64,000 bases of DNA from a virus (IMGVR_UViG_3300035670_000119:1-64000), one strand, 5' to 3'. Shown: positions 17,908 to 27,902, counted from the stretch's first letter. The notes: generated by a model from the letters alone, not told the origin. Made by a program: numbers and translations.

Positions 17908-18204
17908 TCAGCGTACTTTTACTTCAATCCGCGGCAAAAGGTTTGAAATGGCTGACCAACTCCATTGAATTCCTGTTACAATTCCACAAGAAAGGAGGAT
18001 GACAAGGAGGAGTTCCGCAACAGTCAAGTTGCGACGCACATAAATTACTTGCGGTTGAGCAGGTGCAGTCGTCTGTTGTGCCAAGGCCTGCTGTATGGCT
18101 AGTTGCTTAGCTCGCGCCTTCAGCTCTGCCAGTTGCTCAGGTGTGATTTCGGGTTGGCCAGGGAAACGTGCCGGTTGTTGACTGGGGGGAATCTGCTCTT
18201 CCAT
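17908..18204 (-). CDS. hypothetical membrane protein
   Basis: Q/P-rich N-terminus plus a hydrophobic helix. Confidence 0.6.
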   Translation of the reverse strand: MEEQIPPSQQPARFPGQPEITPEQLAELKARAKQLAIQQALAQQTTAPAQPQVIYVRRNLTVAELLLVILLSCGIVTGIQWSWSAISNLLPRIEVKVR

Positions 18205-18256
18205 GGGAAACGCAAAAGATTTTCCCATACCTTAGCATTTAAAAAACAAGTTTGTT

Positions 18257-18670
18257 ATGCAATACGGAATACGTAAAGGTCTTGAAGACATTGCCCATGA
18301 ACTAAAGGGAATTAAGACCGTTCTTTCTTCGTTGTGGCACAGCCGCTACGCAGACGGAGAGACAACAACACTGACTCCCGAGGCTTTTGCCGACGAATAT
18401 ATTTCGACAGAAGAATGCGGAAGACGCCTTGGCGTATCTGACCAAACAATTAGAAACTGGATTTCGATCGGACGGAAAACTCCAGAAAAAGGCTGGGTAG
18501 AAGGGGTCCATTACGTCAATGTGTCTCCGGATCACAGAAAGAAAGCTTTGATCCGAATCCCCTGGAACCGCTTGATCCAATCATTTGCAAAAAACAAAGA
18601 GGTTGCTTTTTCTGATTTAAGAAGCGGTAATGCTTTATATGCGCCACGTCCGTTTGGGCGCTTGGAATAA
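18257..18670 (+). CDS. HTH DNA-binding protein (excisionase/MerR-like)
   Basis: YISTEECGRRLGVSDQTIRNWI...EGVHY. Confidence 0.75.
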   Translation: MQYGIRKGLEDIAHELKGIKTVLSSLWHSRYADGETTTLTPEAFADEYISTEECGRRLGVSDQTIRNWISIGRKTPEKGWVEGVHYVNVSPDHRKKALIRIPWNRLIQSFAKNKEVAFSDLRSGNALYAPRPFGRLE

Positions 18671-19128
18671 TGGCGCATCGTTTCCAGGGGGTCATCATTT
18701 CTTCTGTCTCAGTTGAGAACTACAAAGAAACGTTACCCGCCTCATTGGCTTTGCAGGTTGAAATGTTCCTTCCACCCGAAGGATCATTTGATGACGGCTG
18801 CCTTCAGCGTTACCTAGAAAACCTCCGTAATTACGAACAAGAGGACTTGAATTCCAGCATGACGTTGGCAAATCGCTTGCGTCTAGCTTTCAAAGATATG
18901 CAGGTGGATACCATATGCGGCAAGTTTCCACAGGCAGAGCTTCCTCTAAAGAGAAGGCTGCGTTGCGTTGCGGAGTATCTTATCCGTTCCGGAGAATTTA
19001 ATAAGGTTCGGGATGACCAAGGAAAGCTGGTCAAGAAAAGGGGTGTCCTTGGTAAGCTCGTTGTTATGTACCAGCCGACCGAAAAACTTGTAGAATCCCT
19101 TCAACGTCAAGGTTTACTAGAAAAATGA
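18670..19128 (+). CDS. hypothetical protein
   Basis: Translationally coupled ORF. Confidence 0.7.
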   Translation: MAHRFQGVIISSVSVENYKETLPASLALQVEMFLPPEGSFDDGCLQRYLENLRNYEQEDLNSSMTLANRLRLAFKDMQVDTICGKFPQAELPLKRRLRCVAEYLIRSGEFNKVRDDQGKLVKKRGVLGKLVVMYQPTEKLVESLQRQGLLEK

Positions 19129-19508
19129 ATCGCCGCGAAAAACTAATTACTTCCGTGATTGGTCCGGAGCTGGACGAGACACGCAGCAAAATGCTTGATG
19201 CCACCATGAAGTTGATTCTTGGTGACATGGGTGGAATGTACGTAAAATTTTGGGAATCCGAGGGTCCAGGTGTTATGTGCTTTCAGCCTGACTCTGATCG
19301 CACGATGTTTTATCTGACCCTAAAAGAACTGCATTCTGCACAAGAGCAAGAAGAACATGCAAACAACGGAGATTTGGCCGAAACGTTTCGCCGTATTCTT
19401 TCCGCTGCTCAAAAAATTGATCCCCAGGAAAAGGCTGGGTATTTGATCAATGACGGTTCTGGTATTCGCTATTTGGAAATAGATTACAATAAGCAATCTG
19501 AGAAATAA
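19125..19508 (+). CDS. hypothetical protein
   Basis: Translationally coupled ORF. Confidence 0.7.
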   Translation: MNRREKLITSVIGPELDETRSKMLDATMKLILGDMGGMYVKFWESEGPGVMCFQPDSDRTMFYLTLKELHSAQEQEEHANNGDLAETFRRILSAAQKIDPQEKAGYLINDGSGIRYLEIDYNKQSEK

Positions 19509-19510
19509 AA

Positions 19511-20098
19511 ATGACAGGGTTTGCTACCGCAGTTAGGCGTGAAGATGCCGAGTTGATTACCAGCCAGGATCTTGTTAATGCTGCTCATGGATTGATGGGC
19601 GGCATTGATCTAGACGTGGCCAGCTCTGCGTTGGCAAATGAATATGTTGGTGCACAAGAATATTACACTCCATCACAAGACGGCTTGAATGCTCAACCCT
19701 GGTACGGAAAGGTTTATTTGTTTCCTCCAAGTGGTTGTTACTTTTGGGATAGGAAAAACCAGCGGTGGAAAATGACAAGAGCATCTTCCATGACACTTAC
19801 CTCATCCCATGCCGTTTGGTTTCGTCGTCTATACCGTGAGTGGCTAGCTGGCGAAGTAGAGCAAGGGCTTTACTTTACCAACTGTCCCGACATGATTCGA
19901 TACGAACAGAAAATCTTTGACTTTCCGGTGTGCATTTTAAGAACTGCCCCAACTCTCTTGCGTAATATCAAAGGGGAAGTAAAGTCGCACAAAACGTGTA
20001 CCTCATTTCTCGTTTATCTTCCCCCTGTGGACGACAGCACTGCAGCGGTTGAACGTTTTGTAGAAATTTATTCAGAAAAGGGAAGAGTCCTTTGTTGA
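19511..20098 (+). CDS. phage N6-adenine DNA methyltransferase-like protein (atypical catalytic motif)
   Basis: IDLDVAS, DGL...WYGKVYLFPPS (normally NPPY). Confidence 0.7.
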   Translation: MTGFATAVRREDAELITSQDLVNAAHGLMGGIDLDVASSALANEYVGAQEYYTPSQDGLNAQPWYGKVYLFPPSGCYFWDRKNQRWKMTRASSMTLTSSHAVWFRRLYREWLAGEVEQGLYFTNCPDMIRYEQKIFDFPVCILRTAPTLLRNIKGEVKSHKTCTSFLVYLPPVDDSTAAVERFVEIYSEKGRVLC

Positions 20099-20131
20099 TT
20101 TGAGTATACTAAAGAACGATTCCAAGGATTT

Positions 20132-20719
20132 ATGAGCGTCCTGGCCGACTGGGAAATCAAGCAGCTTGCCGAAAGAGAGGAAATGATTTCTCCTTTTGTT
20201 GATCACCTGGTCAGCAAAGAAGGTGAACGCAAGCTTCTGAGCTATGGCCTCAGTTCTTATGGGTATGATATTCGCCTTTCCCCCAGCCAATGCTTAATTT
20301 TTGGCAAGGTACAAGCTGGTGACTGTGACCCGAAAAACTTTGATCCTGCCATCCTGAAGCCTGCGGATCTCCTGGAAGACGAACGCGGTCAATACTTCCT
20401 GCTCCCTCCGTACGGCTATTGCTTGGGCGTTGCACAAGAACGGCTGAAACTCCCCAGGGATGTCACTGTTGTTGCGGTTGGTAAATCAACTTACGCACGT
20501 TCAGGCATCTTGGTTAACATCACACCTGCCGAAAGCGGTTGGGAAGGTTACCTAACGCTTGAAATCAGCAACTGTACCGGCCTTTTCAATCGTATCTACG
20601 CAAACGAAGGGATCACGCAATTACTGTTCTATCGTGGCAACCCCTGTAATACCACGTATCAAGACCGAAAAGGCAAGTATCAAGACCAACCTAATAACGT
20701 GGTTTTTTCCCAGGTCTAA
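20132..20719 (+). CDS. dcd: dCTP deaminase
   Basis: SYGLSSYGYDIRL, GKSTYARSG, WEGYLTLEISN, YANEGI, YQDRKGKYQ. Confidence 0.95.
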   Translation: MSVLADWEIKQLAEREEMISPFVDHLVSKEGERKLLSYGLSSYGYDIRLSPSQCLIFGKVQAGDCDPKNFDPAILKPADLLEDERGQYFLLPPYGYCLGVAQERLKLPRDVTVVAVGKSTYARSGILVNITPAESGWEGYLTLEISNCTGLFNRIYANEGITQLLFYRGNPCNTTYQDRKGKYQDQPNNVVFSQV

Positions 20720-21066
20720 CCAAAGGGTTTGCCAAACTGGCCCGTTGGTTTACGGGCGTAGCCTACTGCTCCGCTGCGCCCACCTGAGTCACCCGTGGTA
20801 GGCAACTCAGTTCCCTCAATGGAGGCTCTTGTTCTAGGAGTTTTTCCTCGGACAGAGGGCTCTGAAATACTGGTGCGTTGCTGATATGCGCCAGCAGTCC
20901 GCGCTGCTTTCATGTATTGAGCTACGCGATCTTGGCTGTTATTGATATTTTCAACAGCAAAGCGTTCATCTGGCTCCAGGCGGCGCAAATCTGTGTCGTA
21001 CGCCTGTTCCGGACGCAAATCAGAAACTTCGGCTCCTGATGTACCAGAGTTTTGACTTGCTTTCAA
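20716..21066 (-). CDS. hypothetical protein
   Basis: 116-aa ORF; start uncertain. Confidence 0.55.
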   Translation of the reverse strand: MKASQNSGTSGAEVSDLRPEQAYDTDLRRLEPDERFAVENINNSQDRVAQYMKAARTAGAYQQRTSISEPSVRGKTPRTRASIEGTELPTTGDSGGRSGAVGYARKPTGQFGKPFG

Positions 21067-21121
21067 AGTCTTAAATGTTTGCCATCTTATTATTGTAAAA
21101 GACCTGAATCAATGCTTAGCT

Positions 21122-21466
21122 GTGATGAATCCTGCCGCTGGTTTTCTTGACTCTTTTGTACAAGATGAAGTAAAGTGCCGCTGCCTTGATGAAGAAGATT
21201 TCGGGGCGCCTCTCGATAACGAAGAAAATGACGTACCATTGTATGACATGTACAACAGAGGATTGGTTGCATGCCAACAGGGACTCGAAAGGAACCCATT
21301 GAATCTCGAGGGTCAACGGCCAGGAATGACGGGTTACATCCCATCGATGGAGGAGGGCCTATCACTTGGAGCTTCTCCACGACCGAAAGCACTGGTACTG
21401 GAGTTGCCGGAACCGGAGGAGAAAGAACGGGTGTTATCGGCAAAGCGTCGTGGTTTGCTCCGGTAG
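21122..21466 (+). CDS. hypothetical acidic protein
   Basis: 114-aa ORF. Confidence 0.6.
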   Translation: MMNPAAGFLDSFVQDEVKCRCLDEEDFGAPLDNEENDVPLYDMYNRGLVACQQGLERNPLNLEGQRPGMTGYIPSMEEGLSLGASPRPKALVLELPEPEEKERVLSAKRRGLLR

Positions 21467-21786
21467 AAGACAGCACTGTCTCCAGTGATCAATCTGTTAT
21501 GGAGTGCAAGGACGGCGTTTGCCCGGTACCCTGGGCTGTCACAGAAAAGGCACCTGTAGTACAAGAGGATGAGGTGAATCATCCTTCGCATTACACCGAT
21601 GGTGGAATTGAGTGCATCGAAGCTATTGAGGCTTCTTTGACACCGGAAGAATTCCGTGGTTACTGCAAGGGCAATGTAATGAAGTACGGTTGGCGTGAAC
21701 GCAAAAAAGGCGGTACTAAGTCACTGAAAAAAGCTCAGTGGTACTTGGACCGCCTTATTAAATTTGACGAAACTCAAAACGGCTGA
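21271..21786 (+). CDS. DUF3310-domain protein (start may be 21499)
   Basis: VNHPSHYTDGGIECIEAI...CKGNVMKY...KKAQWYLDRL. Confidence 0.8.
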   Translation: MPTGTRKEPIESRGSTARNDGLHPIDGGGPITWSFSTTESTGTGVAGTGGERTGVIGKASWFAPVEDSTVSSDQSVMECKDGVCPVPWAVTEKAPVVQEDEVNHPSHYTDGGIECIEAIEASLTPEEFRGYCKGNVMKYGWRERKKGGTKSLKKAQWYLDRLIKFDETQNG

Positions 21787-22076
21787 AGCAAGTCGTCTTC
21801 TCCGTCATCCTCGTCGTCGTACGTACATGCGGCGGCGAGTTCTTCTAGTTCCAGATCTGTTGGAATATCAAAATCAATTGAGATATTCTCGTCTTCTAGC
21901 AGGGATTTGATGGCGTACCACTCCATCAACCGCTGGTGATATAGATTAAGTAAAGCGTAGTGTAGCTCGTCCCAGGTTAATTCGCGTGCTGCAAGCTCTG
22001 CTTTCCGCATGGAAAACTGCAGTTCCAATGGAAGCTCATACTCCTCCCTGACTGATTCTTCCATCCCACTCTGCAT
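21774..22076 (-). CDS. hypothetical acidic protein
   Basis: ELPLELQFSMR; TAGAAT box upstream. Confidence 0.65.
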   Translation of the reverse strand: MQSGMEESVREEYELPLELQFSMRKAELAARELTWDELHYALLNLYHQRLMEWYAIKSLLEDENISIDFDIPTDLELEELAAACTYDDEDDGEDDLLQPF

Positions 22077-22100
22077 GGTTCAGATGCAACTATTCTAAGT

Positions 22101-22760
22101 CTATCTGTCAAACAATAAATACGTGTTGTCTTCTTTGTCAATCCCCCAGGGGTCTTCCTCTGTTTGGAAGTTGTTGGCAAACTCGGACAGCACATAAGGA
22201 TTGATCGCCTCTTCCAGCTGGCGGATTGCATTGACTTGCTTCGCAGATGCGGTGTAATTGCGGAATGCAGCCAGTAAAACGCCTGCAGTACATCCAGGAA
22301 TATTGCTGACTCCCTGGATAAACAAGTCAATTTCTTCCCTACGCCGATCAAGTAACCCGCCAATTACCTTGTGGTCAGCATCAAAGATCCATCCTCCCAT
22401 CTCTTGGGTAACACCGGCGTAATTCTCTAGTTCAAGATTGTCGATAATGCTTGTGTACAGAAAAGGTTCCCACCCAATGGAGTGAACGAAGGAAATCAGC
22501 GCTTGAAGCATATGGCTATCCAAGCCAAAATTAAACTTCAGCAGTTGAGTTTCAATCAGGTTGACTTCGTGAAACAAATACTCCAGGGCTTTTTCTTTAC
22601 TGCAACAATTTCCCTTCCGCACTGGTGATCCGTCTGGGTAGAACTGTGTACCGTATCCGAAAGTGTAGGGTTCTGCACCAGTGGTCGGATCTGGGTAGGC
22701 CTTCTCGTTAAATCCTTCGTATTTACGAATTAAGTTAATTGCACACGAAAGATCCGACAT
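22101..22760 (-). CDS. lysozyme (GH24) with C-terminal extension
   Basis: EGFNEKAYPDP...TFGYG, ALISF, GLLDRRREE. Confidence 0.85.
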   Translation of the reverse strand: MSDLSCAINLIRKYEGFNEKAYPDPTTGAEPYTFGYGTQFYPDGSPVRKGNCCSKEKALEYLFHEVNLIETQLLKFNFGLDSHMLQALISFVHSIGWEPFLYTSIIDNLELENYAGVTQEMGGWIFDADHKVIGGLLDRRREEIDLFIQGVSNIPGCTAGVLLAAFRNYTASAKQVNAIRQLEEAINPYVLSEFANNFQTEEDPWGIDKEDNTYLLFDR

Positions 22761-22796
22761 GGGAGTAATTGTTATTACTCCCAATATACATAAATT

Positions 22797-22922
22797 TTAT
22801 TTGCCTTGGCCGCGCAATTTTTTCTTACCTCGACGTTGAGGTCGGCTATTTTGACCTTGACCAATGGAAGTGGTTTTGGGCTTGCCTTCGATGTGGGTGG
22901 AGTTTGATTTGGGTTTGGCCAT
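22797..22922 (-). CDS. small basic protein (41 aa)
   Basis: Hand-translated MAKPKSNSTHIEGKPKTTSIGQGQNSRPQRRGKKKLRGQGK. Confidence 0.6.
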   Translation of the reverse strand: MAKPKSNSTHIEGKPKTTSIGQGQNSRPQRRGKKKLRGQGK

Positions 22923-22960
22923 GCTGGGAAGTAATCAGCCTATGCAGCTTAGCGGAGAAA

Positions 22961-23260
22961 TCACCATTTGACGCGGTGCGACCAGTACCTTGCCGACATT
23001 TTGTCAGGGTTGGGATCCTGGGCGTTATGACGGGCATAGTATGACTTCTTCCTTGCCTTATCCTTCTCAGTCTTGGGGTTCTTGCCAGCGCCTTCTACGC
23101 CTTGTTGACCAAAGCGAATAATCTTCTCCTCTCCCCCCTCGCATGCTTTTACCACATGAGACTTGGTCTTGTGTCCAGGGGTGCGCCGTGGCTTGTTGCA
23201 AGGCATTGAATCCTTCGCAATCTTTGCCGCTTTTGCCGCTTTTTTACGTGTATCGGACAT
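22961..23260 (-). CDS. basic protein (DUF5754-like)
   Basis: KIIRFGQQG...RKKSYYARH...SARYWS...W. Confidence 0.65.
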   Translation of the reverse strand: MSDTRKKAAKAAKIAKDSMPCNKPRRTPGHKTKSHVVKACEGGEEKIIRFGQQGVEGAGKNPKTEKDKARKKSYYARHNAQDPNPDKMSARYWSHRVKW

Positions 23261-25488
23261 CAGAATTTAAACCCGCCAAACATAGATGTAAACTCATTTA
23301 AGATTTGCTGCCCGCTTTTTGATTTAGCGTTAGCAGTTTCGTCATCATCTTCCAACATTGTAAGATAGCTAGATGTTTTACTTGTTGAACTGGAAGTTGT
23401 TGTGGTTTTAGGCTGTGTAGATGTTGTGTCAAATAGGCTTTCGGCAGCTCCCATTACTTCAAAAGGATCCTTGCTCTTTAAGCTGGTCCAAATACTGTCT
23501 TCAGTGTCCACACCTTTTTGCCCTTGGCTTAATAAAGCCATCTCACTTCTATTGACATCGGGCATAAAATTAGTATAAAACTCATCCTCGGTCCCGGCAA
23601 AGCCAGCGTTTTTGAACACGTTATATAGAGCCGTTTCTCCTTCTGATTCAACTGTCTTTACGTCTTCCGGACGCTGAATATACTCGATTCCAAGCAACTC
23701 TTGCGTTGGTGTTTTATTTTGTTTGTTTAATTCTTCAATTGCTGTCCTGATTGATTCTGCCGGAACCGTTCTGATTGTCTGCATCAGCATGTTTTTGACA
23801 TCTTCAACGGGCTGACCGGTGTCTTCGATGCCGTATTTTTTCAGTGTTTCTTTCCAGGCTTCTGGGGTTTTTGCTGGATCTAATCCCCCGAGCAAAGAAT
23901 CCGCTAACTGCTCTGGGGTCACAAACTCCAAGAACACATTAGAACCGTAATTTTTCTCTGCTTCGGCCAGGGTTGGCGCAAGATCCTTCTCAAGGAAATC
24001 AATCAAGTCTTTGTTCGTCAGTGTATCCGCGGCCGCATCATACTGCTTATCTTTACCAATCAGTTGATAATGAAGCTGCGCGAATTGGTCTTTGTTGTTT
24101 AGGTCAACACCATACTGATAAGCAAGCTGCTCCCAGCTCATTCCATTAGAAACTATTGCCCCTGGGTTTTTCTTTGCGTTATCCCAATCTTTGGCCACAC
24201 TATCTTTTTGTTCTTGGTATAGCGCACTCTTTTGATCGTTTCCTGTAGGATCAAAGTAAAACTCTGGGTCAAAATAACGGATGTTACCAGTTTTAGCAAG
24301 ATCCCGCACAAAAGTTTGTGCTTTTAAGGTGCCAAGTTCTTTTAGTTTGTTTGAAACAGTTTGTGTTTGCAAGATATTCTGTTCGCTATCTGTTACATCT
24401 AAATAGCTTATAAACTCTGACATTGAACGCGAAGTGTCAAAGCGCGGCTTCAAATAATCGTTGATGTATCGGGTTGCAAACTCTTTATCAAGTTCGTATT
24501 GCTTCTTTGCGTCTAAGGGGTCTTCTATTTTCTCAAGCGTTTCATATTTCTTTGTTAATGTATTGTCAAACCATTCTTGCCAATTGTATTGTACATTGCT
24601 TCCCATGCCCAAGGCATTTTTCAGTCCTTCAGTTACTTTCTCTTCCGCCTTACTTCCTCCCATAATATTCAAATAACCTCCAATACCGGTATCTCCCAAA
24701 ATAGAATTGGACAGGTTGGACGTTAAATTGTATATCTCCGAGAACTCTGGCATTCGACTCATGAAATCCATTTGAGTCTCTTTCCACTTTGCCTTGTTTA
24801 ATTCATTAAGCGTTTCTTTTAACGTGTCTGAGACGAGTGCGTTAAACCGAAGCTCACCCTGTTCGTCAACATATTTTTGTGCTTGGCGCTCAACCAGGGA
24901 GGTTTCCCCTGGGCCTTTAGCCAATAACGTGTCCCGCATTATCTGCTGCTCACGGTCAGTGGGAACCCATCTTTCTTGGTATTGTTTGGTGGCCGCCAAT
25001 TCTTGCGCGGCATTCGCTCGCATGCCTGAGTGCTTACCGACTGTCGTGTAATGATATTGAAGATAAGTGTCTGGATCATATCGCTCAGTAATATCGATAT
25101 CGGGCAATGTTTGGCCGCCAAATTTTACCGCAGATCCAGCCTCGTTCCATTTTTGCAAAACTTCTGGAACTTGTTTGGAATAATAACCAGGATCAAAGTC
25201 GCCAACCGGAGGCTTGGCACCCTTAGACGTATCCCATTTTGTAGATACGTTTTTTGCCTTGTAGAAATCAGTAATTGTATTTAAAGCTTCCGAAGGTACA
25301 TATTTTTTAATGACGTCTTCTCCGTATTTTTTCTGTATAGTTGCCAATAAATCTTTGTAGGTACCAGGGGGAGCAGCGTTGAAACGTTGGGCAATATCTG
25401 CAGCCACCTCATTTTCTTCTTGATTATCTGTCTCGATGTACTTTAAAGCAGGCTGTCCATTGACAACTGTGTACGTAAAAGAAGCCAT
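23260..25488 (-). CDS. large hypothetical protein, probably virion-associated
   Basis: 742-aa ORF in the late operon. Confidence 0.7.
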   Translation of the reverse strand: MASFTYTVVNGQPALKYIETDNQEENEVAADIAQRFNAAPPGTYKDLLATIQKKYGEDVIKKYVPSEALNTITDFYKAKNVSTKWDTSKGAKPPVGDFDPGYYSKQVPEVLQKWNEAGSAVKFGGQTLPDIDITERYDPDTYLQYHYTTVGKHSGMRANAAQELAATKQYQERWVPTDREQQIMRDTLLAKGPGETSLVERQAQKYVDEQGELRFNALVSDTLKETLNELNKAKWKETQMDFMSRMPEFSEIYNLTSNLSNSILGDTGIGGYLNIMGGSKAEEKVTEGLKNALGMGSNVQYNWQEWFDNTLTKKYETLEKIEDPLDAKKQYELDKEFATRYINDYLKPRFDTSRSMSEFISYLDVTDSEQNILQTQTVSNKLKELGTLKAQTFVRDLAKTGNIRYFDPEFYFDPTGNDQKSALYQEQKDSVAKDWDNAKKNPGAIVSNGMSWEQLAYQYGVDLNNKDQFAQLHYQLIGKDKQYDAAADTLTNKDLIDFLEKDLAPTLAEAEKNYGSNVFLEFVTPEQLADSLLGGLDPAKTPEAWKETLKKYGIEDTGQPVEDVKNMLMQTIRTVPAESIRTAIEELNKQNKTPTQELLGIEYIQRPEDVKTVESEGETALYNVFKNAGFAGTEDEFYTNFMPDVNRSEMALLSQGQKGVDTEDSIWTSLKSKDPFEVMGAAESLFDTTSTQPKTTTTSSSTSKTSSYLTMLEDDDETANAKSKSGQQILNEFTSMFGGFKF

Positions 25489-25844
25489 CAGGAAGCAAGG
25501 TAGTGATCTTTAAAGCTAGACAGGTTAATGATTTCATTTTCCATCCAGGCTTTTATTTTAGCCAATTTTTCTTCTGTGAAATACTCTTGTTGTTTAAACC
25601 ATTCCTCCATATTGCTTGATGCTTTGTTTGCGTTACAGCGCCGACAGCAAGGAAGCAGGTTGTTTCGGTTAGAAGAACCAGACTTAAAGCGAGGTACTAC
25701 GTGATCCAGGCTTGTTGCCGGTTCTTGACAATAGCCACATTTATGATCCCAGGCTTTATATATCTCTTCTCTGAAACGTTTTTTTGCAAGTTTTGGCTTT
25801 AATTCAACTAGCAGGGCAAGGGGCTCGTGCTGGCTGCAAAACAT
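25488..25844 (-). CDS. HNH endonuclease
   Basis: CGYC...SLDHVVP...NLLPCCRRCNANK. Confidence 0.85.
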   Translation of the reverse strand: MFCSQHEPLALLVELKPKLAKKRFREEIYKAWDHKCGYCQEPATSLDHVVPRFKSGSSNRNNLLPCCRRCNANKASSNMEEWFKQQEYFTEEKLAKIKAWMENEIINLSSFKDHYLAS

Positions 25845-25927
25845 GCTATTTAATTGCCGTTAACTAATTCTAATTTCCCTATATGTGCTCCTCTGCAAAA
25901 AAAGAGATAAAGCTTTGCTTAAGTCGG

Positions 25928-25955
25928 TTGACAAGCCCTTGACTCGCGGTAGGTT
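25928..25955 (+). promoter_or_regulatory. sigma70-like promoter
   Basis: TTGACA-N16-TAGGTT upstream of ATG 25980. Confidence 0.5.
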
Positions 25956-25979
25956 ATATGGGTAACCACTGCCACTCCA

Positions 25980-26198
25980 ATGGCTAAGCATCCCGGCTGG
26001 GTATCAATCCAGCAAGCAGAACAGCTCCTTGGTATTGACAAAAAAACCCTGTTCCAGTACCGAGACGATGGCACGCTAAAGCTGGGGCCTCACTTTGCGG
26101 CATTTCCTGGCACCATGTCCAGGGACAGCTATAAGTGGAATGTGTCTGCCGTCAGGAAGCACCTGCATAAACAGGGTATGGTGCCTGTTGCAGTGTAA
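25980..26198 (+). CDS. small HTH DNA-binding protein (excisionase-like)
   Basis: WVSIQQAEQLLGIDKKTLFQYRDDGTLKLGPHF. Confidence 0.75.
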   Translation: MAKHPGWVSIQQAEQLLGIDKKTLFQYRDDGTLKLGPHFAAFPGTMSRDSYKWNVSAVRKHLHKQGMVPVAV

Positions 26199-26260
26199 GC
26201 TACCTTGCAAAGCGGGGATGAGAGGATGTATGGCAGCTCTACAATTTGTAGGGCTGTTTT

Positions 26261-27880
26261 TTATTGCTGGCAGTAAACCAATAAGTTTTGAACAAACCAA
26301 CCCATGTGATACCCTCGTTTCATGTCTTTGATTAAAGCGTCTTCTATCCCTGGCATATGACATAGACCAGGTGTTTTATCCATTAGGTCTCTCCAGTATT
26401 CTTTTGGTTTGCAGTTAATGTGGCCAACCCCACCTTGACCAGGGGCTGCTGCTGTCCAAATTAAAATTCCCTTTGGTGCTAAACAACGCAAAATAGCTTG
26501 GATGATTTCTTTGTTTTTGGATTCATCCATGTGCTCAGCTACTTCCATACACAAAACTACGCCAGCCTTTTCCTCAGGCGTGACAGTTAAAAGGTCTTGG
26601 CAAAAAAGATTGGGCTTACCTTCTATCCGTGGATCAATATCGTATCCAATTGCATCAATCCCTAGTTCGTTAAAACAGTCAACGTACGTCCCTGGTCCAC
26701 AACCAAGATCAATCAGAAGATCGGGACTGAAGTAAGCATCGTCAATCCAACGAGCCAACCTTTTGGCAAAGGGTTTTTCCTCTATATCAAGACTGGTGTA
26801 ATCAATGACATCATGATTTTTCAGTTGATACCAGCCTTTTTCCCATAACGCATTGATGTCCTTGAAAATCTTGTCATATTTCTCACCACAAGTTTCCAGG
26901 CTATAGCGTTCTCTTGTGATACGTGCAATTTGTTTTCGGTCTAAATCACCTGCTTTTTCAATTGCATCAATCCAATCTTGAAGAGTGTGGCATCTAAAGC
27001 CTGTGACACCATCCACAATGGTTTCTGTGAATGCACCGTAGTCAACGGCAATTAGCGGTGTACCGCAAAGCATTGCCTCTACGCCACTACCCCCAAAAGG
27101 CTCAGTAAAGTTGGTTGGCATCAATGCTGCTCGTGCATTACGCAAAAAGTTGGAGCGCTCCATACCAGAGATGGGCCCTTCATAAAAGATGTTGGGGTGT
27201 TCCCAAGGGGATGGATCTCCTTGTCCATGGAGAATAATAGGCCACGGACTGTAGTCGGCAATAGCACGAATGGTGTCCAGCCCCTTGGCGCTACAGATGC
27301 GTCCAAGAAACGCCAGGTAATCTCCTGGCTTTTCCTTAGGTTCCCATTCATCAAGGTCAAAGTAATTAGGGACAACCCACTCGTAGTTTTTGCCTTGGCG
27401 GTTTTCTTTGCCCTGGTGATAGTGCATCCAGGCGTAAGACTCAAAGATCCGAAAACTATTTGGCATCAATGTTGGATAGCCAATTCCGGTCTCAACGTGA
27501 TGGTTGTTGGGAAACTCAGACAACAACTTTTGATGAGCATGCCCAAACGGATGACAAATGATGTCTTTCTCTTTGACCCGTTTACGTAGTTCAACAATCA
27601 GACGTTCTTCAAATACCTTGTGAGCAGGGCTGCCCACATATGCGTGATCTCCGAAGAAATCTGTTTCCCTCCTGGCGCCAAAGAAAGAACGGAACTCTTC
27701 TTCGTTCAAGATTTCTACATGTTCGTCAGCGGTTGATTCGCTGCCGTAATTTGAGTATTCAGTAACCTCGTAGCCGAACCGCTGCATCATCTTTGGAAAG
27801 CGTAAAACTTTTCCAGTAAATGCGCAGTGCGAATAATCCAGGGCCGTACGCGTGTGGAACAAGCCAATAAGGTGAAGCAT
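26261..27880 (-). CDS. glycosyltransferase (GT4-like) fused to a SAM methyltransferase
   Basis: FLGRI...KG; EPFGGSGVEAMLCGTP; C-terminal IDLGCGPG and CMEVAEH. Confidence 0.88.
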   Translation of the reverse strand: MLHLIGLFHTRTALDYSHCAFTGKVLRFPKMMQRFGYEVTEYSNYGSESTADEHVEILNEEEFRSFFGARRETDFFGDHAYVGSPAHKVFEERLIVELRKRVKEKDIICHPFGHAHQKLLSEFPNNHHVETGIGYPTLMPNSFRIFESYAWMHYHQGKENRQGKNYEWVVPNYFDLDEWEPKEKPGDYLAFLGRICSAKGLDTIRAIADYSPWPIILHGQGDPSPWEHPNIFYEGPISGMERSNFLRNARAALMPTNFTEPFGGSGVEAMLCGTPLIAVDYGAFTETIVDGVTGFRCHTLQDWIDAIEKAGDLDRKQIARITRERYSLETCGEKYDKIFKDINALWEKGWYQLKNHDVIDYTSLDIEEKPFAKRLARWIDDAYFSPDLLIDLGCGPGTYVDCFNELGIDAIGYDIDPRIEGKPNLFCQDLLTVTPEEKAGVVLCMEVAEHMDESKNKEIIQAILRCLAPKGILIWTAAAPGQGGVGHINCKPKEYWRDLMDKTPGLCHMPGIEDALIKDMKRGYHMGWFVQNLLVYCQQ

Positions 27881-27902
27881 GCCCAAGCAATTTTTATTTA
27901 GT

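Noticed and set aside
21066-21085. Possible frameshift: ATG at 21085 is out of frame with ORF 20716..21066
   Set aside because: A single-base error cannot be told from a TTG start without reads
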